64,000 nucleotides of DNA from [Clostridium] symbiosum (lineage in GTDB: Bacteria; Bacillota; Clostridia; Lachnospirales; Lachnospiraceae), in contig JAETSN010000009.1 in NCBI GenBank assembly GCA_021769625.1, positions 3,052-67,051 on the forward strand, in the 5' to 3' direction. The notes under the pieces were generated by a model. The model saw nothing but the letters and a program-made list of their open reading frames with translations, had not been told where the DNA came from and made no database searches. The position numbers were made by a program, and so were the translations under genes. This document shows, one piece after another, positions 30,626 to 38,988 of the stretch. Every line of letters starts with the position of its first letter. The first letter of the stretch is position 1.

Positions 30626-30629
30626 ACTT

Positions 30630-31016
30630 TCACCTCCTCCTTTCTAAAGCTTTATGCAAAAGTGGCTGCAGATACGCCGCCGCTTTCAGACCCATTACAC
30701 CCAGGAAACCACAGAGCGGATTTCCCGCCTCCGTTATCATCAGCACCAGCAGGACCAGTATGATCAGCCCGTAGCGCATCATGCTGCGGCTCATCATATA
30801 TTTCTGCGCGTCCTTCTCGGAAAGGTCCAACGCCAGATCCAGCGACCTGTACATATGCACCGCACAGATCCCCGCCGTCAGAATACCCAGCCACAGTCCC
30901 AGACTGCAGGCCGCCTTATCCGGCACGAACCAGACCCCCGCCGCCTGCCAGATAACGCCCCAGAGAAAGATTCCCAAAAGCAGCTCCGCCAATGTCCTAT
31001 TTATCTTTTTCCTCAT
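30630..31016 (-). CDS. atpI: ATP synthase subunit I-like membrane protein
   Basis: Four hydrophobic segments; directly upstream of atpB; start set at ATG 31016. Confidence 0.8.
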   Translation of the reverse strand: MRKKINRTLAELLLGIFLWGVIWQAAGVWFVPDKAACSLGLWLGILTAGICAVHMYRSLDLALDLSEKDAQKYMMSRSMMRYGLIILVLLVLMITEAGNPLCGFLGVMGLKAAAYLQPLLHKALERRR

Positions 31017-31245
31017 ACCTGTCTTTTTCACTCTTCTTTTCATAGATGGTTTTCGCCATGCGGTAAATATTCCTGAACCCGGCGGCCGCCCCTGCAAAGA
31101 ACAGCAGTATCATCCAAAACTGCGTACCGAATCTTCTGTCTAAAAAAATACCTAAAAAAGAGCAAAGAAAAATCGGAACCAGCATGGAAATACCGAACTG
31201 CGTGATCAAAACCAGGCAGCGGTATACATTTCTGTGATATTTCAC
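30997..31245 (-). CDS. AtpZ/AtpI-family protein
   Basis: QFGISMLVPIF...GIFLDRRFGT...GAAAGFRNIYR; GTG start at 31245. Confidence 0.8.
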   Translation of the reverse strand: MKYHRNVYRCLVLITQFGISMLVPIFLCSFLGIFLDRRFGTQFWMILLFFAGAAAGFRNIYRMAKTIYEKKSEKDRYEEKDK

Positions 31246-31495
31246 TTTCCTTCCCCCTTTATTATCTTCAGACATATAACTGAATTATACCCCATTTAAG
31301 GGAATCTGTCCATTCAAAAGGGAAAATTTTTCTTTGGCAATCTGTCTATTTAAATTCTCCATCAGAAAAAAATTTTGTTAAAAACAGTCAAAAAATCCGT
31401 TGACTTTCATGTATCTACGGCGTAGTATCTATTTAAGACATTATTACAACATATTACATAAATTACCGCTTTTCCTACCCTGACAGGAGACTTCC

Positions 31496-32005
31496 ATGAA
31501 AACTCTCTCACTCTACCGCAAACGCCTGATCCCTGATGAATGCATTCTGTTAAAAGACGATATCATTCTGTACGCCGATGACGACCACATCCTGACGAAA
31601 TGGAACACCTTAAAGCCCAAAAAGATCCTGCATCACGGCGATTCCTGCTACTATCTGGATAAAGGCGTCAAAGTCAGCCGGTTCTTCACGGAAGATGATC
31701 TGCTGATCTGCTGGTACTGTGATATCGTGTCCTACGAGTGGAAAGAAGAAAAAACCGTTCTCCTGTCTACCGATCTGCTTTTGGATGTTCTTGTCTATCC
31801 CGACGGTTCCTTTAAACTGCTTGATATGGATGAGCTGGCGGAGGCAAACTCAAGACATCTGATCTCCGATACGCTCCTGCAAAGCTCTCTTTTGACCGCC
31901 AACCGCCTGCTGAATGAAATCTATGATAATAAATTCCATAAAATCTATACATCGGTTTTCAACAATATGAACATGGCATACGATCAAACCTTAAGCGTCA
32001 TCTGA
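31496..32005 (+). CDS. DUF402-family protein
   Basis: WYCDIV...TDLLLDVLVYPDG...LLDMDEL acidic motif. Confidence 0.85.
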   Translation: MKTLSLYRKRLIPDECILLKDDIILYADDDHILTKWNTLKPKKILHHGDSCYYLDKGVKVSRFFTEDDLLICWYCDIVSYEWKEEKTVLLSTDLLLDVLVYPDGSFKLLDMDELAEANSRHLISDTLLQSSLLTANRLLNEIYDNKFHKIYTSVFNNMNMAYDQTLSVI

Positions 32006-32087
32006 GTTTTCCGGTTCTCCCGGATTTTCGGATGCTTCGCGGATTTCACTTCATTCAGGCATTGGGAACCTATATACGGAGAAATAA

Positions 32088-32624
32088 ATGGAAACGGAAA
32101 TTCTCGAAAAAATGCAGAAAAAATATATGCGCGCCGCCCTGCAGCAGGCTAAAAAAGCACTTCTTTTAGGAGAAGTGCCCATCGGCTGCGTCATCGTGTT
32201 TGAAGATAAGATCATCGCCCGCGGCTATAACCGCCGGAATACCGACAAAAATACGCTTGCCCATGCGGAGATCACCGCTATCAGGCGTGCCAGCAAAAAG
32301 ATCGGCGACTGGCGGCTGGAAGATTGTACCCTCTATGTCACCCTGGAACCCTGCCAGATGTGTTCCGGCGCCATCGTGCAGGCACGGATCCCGCAGGTGG
32401 TGATCGGCTGCATGAACCCCAAGGCAGGCTGTGCGGGTTCCATCTTAAACCTTCTCCAGATGCCGGAGTTTAACCATCAGGTTCAGGTCACACGGGGGGT
32501 TCTGGAAGAAGAATGCAGCATGATCTTAAAACAGTTTTTTAAGGACTTAAGAATCCGCAATAAGCTGGAAAAGAAACCCCCTACTCCTTCCGAAACACCC
32601 ACTCCCTCTGGATCTGATAGCTGA
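32088..32624 (+). CDS. tadA: tRNA adenosine(34) deaminase
   Basis: GEVPIGCVIV, HAE, TLEPCQMC; C-terminal tail overlaps the convergent GT2 gene. Confidence 0.95.
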   Translation: METEILEKMQKKYMRAALQQAKKALLLGEVPIGCVIVFEDKIIARGYNRRNTDKNTLAHAEITAIRRASKKIGDWRLEDCTLYVTLEPCQMCSGAIVQARIPQVVIGCMNPKAGCAGSILNLLQMPEFNHQVQVTRGVLEEECSMILKQFFKDLRIRNKLEKKPPTPSETPTPSGSDS

Positions 32625-33651
32625 TCAGAAACAGCAGGATATCTATCACTGCCTTTATCAATGTTTTCCCAAGGCTTCCCGCCGGGAGCAGACAGGACAC
32701 AAGCGACACAAGTCCGGCGGATGCCGCAAATTGCAGCACACAGAGAACATAATATTTTATGATGGACTTCCTGCCGCCGGAACGAAATACCTTCTGGCGG
32801 TTCATATTGTAATTAAACAGGGAAGAACATACTCTCGCCGCCGCAGTCGCTATCGCAATATTCCATGCTCCCTCCGGCATCATGTGCGCCAGAAAGCTGA
32901 TGCACAGATAAAACAGCACAAGGTCGATCAGCGAGGAGGCAAGTGAGCTGGCCGCAAACGCAAAGATCGTCCTGTAAATCCGTATGGAATCCCGCAGCGG
33001 ATTAAAATGGGAGGAATCATTCTCGTCCAGATAGATCGTCCGGATCGTCACTTCCTCAAAAGGGATGCAGCGCGCCTTCAGCTCCAGCAGCATATTCGTC
33101 TCATACTCGTAACGGCTGCCCTCTATCTCTGTCATGACCGGCAGAAAGCTTGCAGGGATCGCCCGCAGTCCGGTCTGGGTATCCGTTATCTTGATGCCGC
33201 ACACAAAACGAAACACTCCTTTTGTCAGGACATTTCCGAAACGGCTCCGGAAAGGCACTTCCTTCGCTGAAAAATCCCTCGCACCCAGGATCACATGGTC
33301 CGGTTTTTCCTTCATTTTTTCACAGCACGCATAAATATCGTCCACATGATGCTGGTTATCGCCGTCCACAGTGACTACGCCGCTGCAGTTTGGGCGTTCC
33401 TTTATACAGCAGTCAAATGCTGTCTTCAGAGCGCAGCCTTTTCCGCGATTCTCGGGATGCGTCAACAGCGTGACCTCCTTAAAAAGCGCCGCCTCTCCAA
33501 AAATCGGCGCGTAGCTTTCCCCGCTTCCGTCATCCACAAGAATAATATCCTCAAACCCTTTTTCAACCAACCCTTTTACCACTTCCAGCAGTTTTCCATC
33601 CGGCTGGTAAGAAGGAATGATCACTGTTATTTTTCTGATAAATTCATTCAT
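32581..33651 (-). CDS. Bifunctional GT2 glycosyltransferase/GtrA-family protein
   Basis: IIPSYQP, VDDGS, NRGKGCALK, TVDGDNQH, DTQTGLR; C-terminal four-TM GtrA-like region. Confidence 0.9.
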   Translation of the reverse strand: MNEFIRKITVIIPSYQPDGKLLEVVKGLVEKGFEDIILVDDGSGESYAPIFGEAALFKEVTLLTHPENRGKGCALKTAFDCCIKERPNCSGVVTVDGDNQHHVDDIYACCEKMKEKPDHVILGARDFSAKEVPFRSRFGNVLTKGVFRFVCGIKITDTQTGLRAIPASFLPVMTEIEGSRYEYETNMLLELKARCIPFEEVTIRTIYLDENDSSHFNPLRDSIRIYRTIFAFAASSLASSLIDLVLFYLCISFLAHMMPEGAWNIAIATAAARVCSSLFNYNMNRQKVFRSGGRKSIIKYYVLCVLQFAASAGLVSLVSCLLPAGSLGKTLIKAVIDILLFLISYQIQREWVFRKE

Positions 33652-33842
33652 ATCCCGTCTTTATTTTAAATGTCCCTTCTTTTTGCTCGTATCGCCGCCT
33701 GTGATACAGCGGCTCTATAAATGATTTGAAATACTGCCAGCATTATTCTATAATAAAACGGTAATAACTACAACTATAATTTATGAAAGGCATCTGCTTC
33801 GGCATATCACATTTATGTATACCGCAGCATCAGGAACAGCCC

Positions 33843-35510
33843 ATGAGAAAACAGGTACTTTCCCATCTGAAAGGAATCCTTTTTATCGCTTTCTTTTTTT
33901 CTTTATTTATTATGCTGCTCGGTATGAGGCAGTATTCGCAAAAGCGCCTTTTTGTCCTTTCCTTTTCCGGATTCCTTGCCGCCGGTATTTTCTTTGACAT
34001 TTTGGCAGGCAGGCTTTCTCCCAAAATGCACCGCCTTCTTTCCGGGGAAAAGCTTTCCGAAAAAATAGACGCTTCCTTTTCCGACAAAATGCAAAAATGG
34101 TTTTTATGGCTGTTCATCACCCTTTCCTTTGCGCCCGCTTATCTGGCACTGTTTCCCGGCACCTTCGGGTACGATGCGCCGGTTCAGGCGGCGCAGTATT
34201 TCGGAGAGATGGAACTTTCCAGCGCCAATCCGTTACTGCATACCTCCCTGCTGGGCCTTTTTCTCTCTTTCGGGGAAAAGATTCTGAAAAATGCTTCTCT
34301 GGGCGTTGCCCTGTTCAGCCTGCTGCAGGGACTTCTTGTCACCCATGTACTGGCTAAGTCCTTCTTATTTCTGAAAAAGATCCATACTCCCTTCAGCGTT
34401 ATCGTGATCGGGCTTCTCTGGATCTTATGTAACACGCCCCTCCATGTGCTGACCTTCAATGTGACAAAGGATATCCTGTTTGGCGTATGCCTTCTGCACT
34501 TTTTACTGAATTTTTTGGGTGTGCTGCAGTCTGACAGCGGACTCTCCTGCCCGTCACGCCGGACACACGCCGCAAGATGGGCGGGTTTTCTCCCGTCCCT
34601 GTGTACATCAGAAAAAAAAGGCTTTCTGCGCCTGCTTTTGTCCGGTATCGTGATGTGCCTTATGAGAAACGCCGCTGTATATCTGGTTGCCGTACTGATC
34701 ATTGCGCTGCTTTTTTCTTTTCGGAAATACAAAAAAGCTTTTCTTTCTTTATGTATGATCTTTCTCATCTCCTGGCTGTTTTCCCGTTTTTCCACTTACG
34801 CGCTGCATATCATGCCGGGGGACGCTCGGGAAAATATGAGCCTCCCGATCCAGCAGCTTGCGGCAGTTGCCCATTCCGCCCACTACGGCACGGAACCTGT
34901 CGATATCACGCAGGAACAACTGACAGCTATCCATGAGCTTATCCCCGTGGAATCTTTAGAGGTATTTATGCGCGACACTGTGGATCTGGTGAAAGCCGAT
35001 TTCGACACCAAAACCTTTGCCGAAAATCCCCGAAAATACATCTCCCTCTACCTTGCCGTCGGCAGGCAGAATCCCGGCATTTACATCCGCGCTTTCCGCG
35101 ATATGACAGTGCCCTATTTCGACATGACCAAAAGCCTCCGCAGGGACTTATGCCTTACGGCAACTTTCCCCGAGGTCTCGCATCTGCGCATTTCCAGATA
35201 CGGACTTCTTCCCTCATACTATAACTTTCTGGAAGAACAGATCGAGACAGACCACTATTTCCTGCTGATGCAGCCCGGTATTTCCATCTGGCTGATGGTC
35301 ATCGGCATCGGCGTCTCCATCAACCGCAAAAACAAAGAAATCTTTCTGTGTATCCTGCCGATTGCCATCTATTTCATCGGCCTGCTTCTCGGGCCTATGG
35401 CGCTGCTGCGTTATCTTTATCCCATGATGCTCACAACGCCGCTGTTGTTTGGAATTCTTTTCTCTGCTCCAACGCCATTCCGATCAGTTGATCTGTCTGA
35501 TCAGCCATGA
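33843..35510 (+). CDS. Polytopic membrane protein (DUF6020-like, probable GT-C)
   Basis: Many TM segments; FPGTFGYD, TKDILF, MRN, LRYLYP; start ATG 33843. Confidence 0.75.
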   Translation: MRKQVLSHLKGILFIAFFFSLFIMLLGMRQYSQKRLFVLSFSGFLAAGIFFDILAGRLSPKMHRLLSGEKLSEKIDASFSDKMQKWFLWLFITLSFAPAYLALFPGTFGYDAPVQAAQYFGEMELSSANPLLHTSLLGLFLSFGEKILKNASLGVALFSLLQGLLVTHVLAKSFLFLKKIHTPFSVIVIGLLWILCNTPLHVLTFNVTKDILFGVCLLHFLLNFLGVLQSDSGLSCPSRRTHAARWAGFLPSLCTSEKKGFLRLLLSGIVMCLMRNAAVYLVAVLIIALLFSFRKYKKAFLSLCMIFLISWLFSRFSTYALHIMPGDARENMSLPIQQLAAVAHSAHYGTEPVDITQEQLTAIHELIPVESLEVFMRDTVDLVKADFDTKTFAENPRKYISLYLAVGRQNPGIYIRAFRDMTVPYFDMTKSLRRDLCLTATFPEVSHLRISRYGLLPSYYNFLEEQIETDHYFLLMQPGISIWLMVIGIGVSINRKNKEIFLCILPIAIYFIGLLLGPMALLRYLYPMMLTTPLLFGILFSAPTPFRSVDLSDQP

Positions 35511-36792
35511 ACAGCGGGATGTTCAGTACATCTTCATCCAATTTCAGGTTATTCAAAGAGAAACGTACACGGAGCTTTACCTTATCCGGAAACAGTTCCT
35601 TGAACTTTCTGAGGCTCTTGCTGGATGTATTGGCCTCAGATTTAACCTCGACAGGGAAAATATCATTTTCACGCTGTATCAGGAAGTCCACCTCATACGG
35701 AGGATTGATCTGTGTCCAATAGCGGGGAGTTACTTCGAACTGGGTGATCAGGGTTTGCAGCACAAAGTTCTCAGTCAATGCACCTCTGAACTCGGTGAAC
35801 AGGCGATTTCCCTCACCGAAAGCAGTAGGGGCTAACTGTGCCAGACGACGGAGCAGGCCCACATCTGCCAGATAAATCTTAAAGGCCGACAGATCATCAT
35901 AAGCCGATACAGGAAGGCCAGGGGCAGAGCTGCGATAGATTTTGTGCACCAGTCGGGCATCTACCAGCCACTGCAGTGCGTCCTCATATTCACGGGCTCT
36001 TGCACCTTCTTTGACAACTTTGTAAATGAATTTCTTGTTTTCTCTTGCAAGCTGGGAAGGAATGGACTTCCAGACCATAGATATCTTTGGAAACTCACTG
36101 ATATTGGGATGCTTTGCAAAGTCACGCTCATAAGCACCAATAATGCCGGACAAGGCTTCCTGCATAGCAGAAACATCACGGGCATGTGTCCACATCAGAA
36201 CGGGTTCAGGCATGCCGCCAGTGACATAGTACATCTTCAGTTTTTCATACAAAGGATTGAAGAACGCATCCGGGATCGGCTCAATGGTATCCACACTTTC
36301 CAGATATGCAGCAAGATTTTCATCACCATTGGCAAGCAGGAATTCCGAGAAGGTCATAGGATCGATCTGCATGAAATTAACCTTGCCAACAGGGAAAGAA
36401 GAAGGCTTTGCCAGAGCAATGCCCAACAGGGAACCGGCGCAGGCGATATGATACTGCGGAGCGTTCTCACAAAAATACTTCATGGAGTTGATGACCTTGG
36501 AACAGTCCTGCACCTCGTCAAAGATAATGAGAGTCTTTTCCGGCAAGATTCTCTGACCACTGGCCAGCATCAGATTTTGCAGAATGCGGTCAACATCTTT
36601 GGTAGTCTCGAAAAACTGTTTGTATTCTTCGTTTTCGTCGAAGTTAAAGTAAGCGGTATTTTCGTAGTAACATTTACCGAACTCTTTCAGGATCCATGTC
36701 TTACCTACCTGACGTACTCCCTTCAGGACCAAAGGCTTGCGATAGGGGGAATTCTTCCAGTCCAGTAACTTTTTCAATATGAAGCGTTCCAT
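35431..36792 (-). CDS. AAA+ ATPase with DUF4143 and PD-(D/E)XK-like C-terminus (paralogue 2)
   Basis: GVRQVGKT, IFDEVQ, CAGSLLG, YYVTGGMPE, EVDF...FPVEVKS; ATG 36792 with RBS GAGGAG. Confidence 0.88.
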   Translation of the reverse strand: MERFILKKLLDWKNSPYRKPLVLKGVRQVGKTWILKEFGKCYYENTAYFNFDENEEYKQFFETTKDVDRILQNLMLASGQRILPEKTLIIFDEVQDCSKVINSMKYFCENAPQYHIACAGSLLGIALAKPSSFPVGKVNFMQIDPMTFSEFLLANGDENLAAYLESVDTIEPIPDAFFNPLYEKLKMYYVTGGMPEPVLMWTHARDVSAMQEALSGIIGAYERDFAKHPNISEFPKISMVWKSIPSQLARENKKFIYKVVKEGARAREYEDALQWLVDARLVHKIYRSSAPGLPVSAYDDLSAFKIYLADVGLLRRLAQLAPTAFGEGNRLFTEFRGALTENFVLQTLITQFEVTPRYWTQINPPYEVDFLIQRENDIFPVEVKSEANTSSKSLRKFKELFPDKVKLRVRFSLNNLKLDEDVLNIPLFMADQTDQLIGMALEQRKEFQTTAAL

Positions 36793-36887
36793 AGGTGCAC
36801 TCCTCACACTTTTATTAAGGTTTTTGTGTTTCAAAATCACATTTTCATTATATGCTAAAGTCTGTGGAAATACAACCCATCACTCTA

Positions 36888-37688
36888 TTAGATTTCACCC
36901 ACAAACTCCAGAATTCCTCTCGTTATCACATCAATTTTCTCATCACTCCACCGCTTATCAGATGTATCAAGTCTTCTGATATAGCCTTTATCACTGAAAG
37001 TAATTTTCAATCTTTTTTTTATATCGTTTCCAGTGTTCTCTTTCATTGTGACATCACTAAATATGTATATATCCAATGCTAACATCAATTTCTCTCTGTT
37101 GACAACATCCTTTAAATAATACATATCATATACATCCTTATATCTTGTAGAAAATGGGCCAAATTTAAGAAGTGAACGTAGTTTCTCTGCCAGCATCTGT
37201 TCATTAGAATTAATCAGCAGACTGGCTCCTTCATCATCATACGCAATATCAAAACAATACTCTTCCTGCTCCAATTCAAATCGATTATTCACACCTAAAT
37301 CAATCTTGCTTCTAAACTGATTTCCTTCTATATCTTCAATCAAAATAAATACTTGCTTTCCACTATAGTCCTGCTGCTTCAGTTCTTCAATCTTGCCCCA
37401 TCTGCGGATCTTAATTCCTTCCAAACAGTTTAGCTTGCATATGAAGGAATCGATAGCTTCGTCTGCCAACGAGTACTTAATAAAATCAATATCCAAATCC
37501 TGAGTAGCTCTCCGAACATTATTAGTCTTACTGCGCATAACCACACCGCCCTTGATCGTGACATTTCTGCTCAGAGGCCCAATTGATAATGCTTTTAATA
37601 CAATGTCCTGACACACTTTCGCTGATGCCTTATCACCTTGATAGCCATTTTCATTTGCCTCTTCGATCATCTTCTGTATATTGATCAT
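36888..37688 (-). CDS. AbiEii/AbiGii-family nucleotidyltransferase toxin (type IV TA)
   Basis: IKGGVVM, RATQDLDID, KIDLG, LAEKL, TRYKDVYDMY. Confidence 0.9.
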   Translation of the reverse strand: MINIQKMIEEANENGYQGDKASAKVCQDIVLKALSIGPLSRNVTIKGGVVMRSKTNNVRRATQDLDIDFIKYSLADEAIDSFICKLNCLEGIKIRRWGKIEELKQQDYSGKQVFILIEDIEGNQFRSKIDLGVNNRFELEQEEYCFDIAYDDEGASLLINSNEQMLAEKLRSLLKFGPFSTRYKDVYDMYYLKDVVNREKLMLALDIYIFSDVTMKENTGNDIKKRLKITFSDKGYIRRLDTSDKRWSDEKIDVITRGILEFVGEI

Positions 37689-38231
37689 CTATAAAACCTC
37701 CAGTCTAAGTGTCTCCATTACCATGTTTGATTTTGGCAATTCATACGCATATTCTGCAACTAAAGCCATATCCAATTCATAAACAATTTTTCTATAATTT
37801 TTTATTATTTCTTTATATAGATCAAAAGAGAATTTTCTTTTATTCCGTACCAGTTCCACGAGAAGGCGTTCTTTATCATAAATCACAATATCTACACCAT
37901 CATAATTCATCGTAGTTTTGCCCCTATCAAAAGCTTTACTGTTTTCATAAAATTGCTTCACCCTTTCATCACTGATTTTTCTTGTATTTTTCGGTGTTGC
38001 AACATAGTAAAAATCCGGTATGGTATCCGTTAAACCATAATAATAAAATGCACTATTCAGCGTAATGATAGCATTAGGATATTTCTTAGAAATAATCTCC
38101 AGTTCCGGTACATATCTCTTATCCGAATAGATTCCTTTTTCCTTTACATATAGTTCACCATCCTGAATACTTTTTTTAATTTTATAATCCGTTCCATATT
38201 TTTCCAAACATTCCTGATATGATAACAACAT
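37689..38231 (-). CDS. AbiEi-family antitoxin/transcriptional regulator
   Basis: N-terminal wHTH (..KEKGIYS), ITLNSAFYYYGLTDTIP, IYDKERLLVELVR; abuts AbiEii; start set at ATG 38231. Confidence 0.85.
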   Translation of the reverse strand: MLLSYQECLEKYGTDYKIKKSIQDGELYVKEKGIYSDKRYVPELEIISKKYPNAIITLNSAFYYYGLTDTIPDFYYVATPKNTRKISDERVKQFYENSKAFDRGKTTMNYDGVDIVIYDKERLLVELVRNKRKFSFDLYKEIIKNYRKIVYELDMALVAEYAYELPKSNMVMETLRLEVL

Positions 38232-38400
38232 TCTAAACCTCTCCACCTTTCAACAAAATGTAGGTATTAATTTTATTTTTACCTGTTTTTTATTAAATTG
38301 TATCATAAAGACGAACACAGTCAAGATATTTTTATCTATCCTATGCAAAATTCATATTTCCATTTATATTTTTTTAAATGATATTCGTTTTACAAAAAAA

Positions 38401-38434
38401 GAAATTCGTTTTAAATGTTTTTAAAACGAATTTC
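38401..38434. promoter_or_regulatory. Perfect 15-bp inverted repeat upstream of abiEi (putative operator)
   Basis: GAAATTCGTTTTAAA-TGTT-TTTAAAACGAATTTC; a partial extra half-site ATTCGTTTTA lies near 38383. Confidence 0.7.
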
Positions 38435-38523
38435 CCCATATCCATATCGCCAGAGACAACAGTCATTTCAAATATGCCGGAAATAATGCAATATTATGTA
38501 TTCATGACGTCGCTCCTTTTTTC

Positions 38524-38552
38524 TTGACTTTTCGCAAAAAAACCTCTATACT
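38524..38552 (+). promoter_or_regulatory. Sigma-A promoter of the SRP RNA gene
   Basis: TTGACT (38524-38529), 17 nt, TATACT (38547-38552). Confidence 0.85.
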
Positions 38553-38561
38553 TGAATCCAT

Positions 38562-38751
38562 AACTGTACCGGGCAGCCTGTTGCAGCCGCCCTCCGTAAG
38601 CGGCGATGAAGCCGGGTCTTACGCAATGGAAATCTGTGAACCGTGTCAGGTTGGGAACAAAGCAGCACTAAACAGAACCTTTCATGTGACGTAAGGAAGC
38701 CTGGCGGAGCAGGCTGCGGGGGTAACGTGCAGCGGGCTGCCGGGTACAGTT
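38562..38751 (+). ncRNA. ffs: Signal recognition particle RNA
   Basis: Domain IV motif GTCAGG-TTG-GGAA-CAA-AGCAGC within a Firmicutes-like S domain; the ends AACTGTACC and GGTACAGTT pair. Confidence 0.93.
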
Positions 38752-38988
38752 CTCTTTTATCTTAAAGCATTTCATAATGACTGTCACTCTTATTTTTCAC
38801 ACAGCTTTCAACCATATTAAAACTTCTGGCTTCTATGGGAAAAACGCTCGCGATCGTCCCGTTAAGATCTAACCCAGATTAAACCACGGTATCAGTATTA
38901 TAATTATACTTTTGACAAAAATATTGCATGGCGGTTTCTCAGATCCGCCATGCAACATATCAATCCCTCTTTAGTTTACGCTTCCCAT

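Noticed and set aside
34520-34620. Odd polar stretch in the DUF6020 protein with a small DNA hairpin (GGGCGGG/CCCGTCC)
   Set aside because: Too short and single-copy to support an inserted element.
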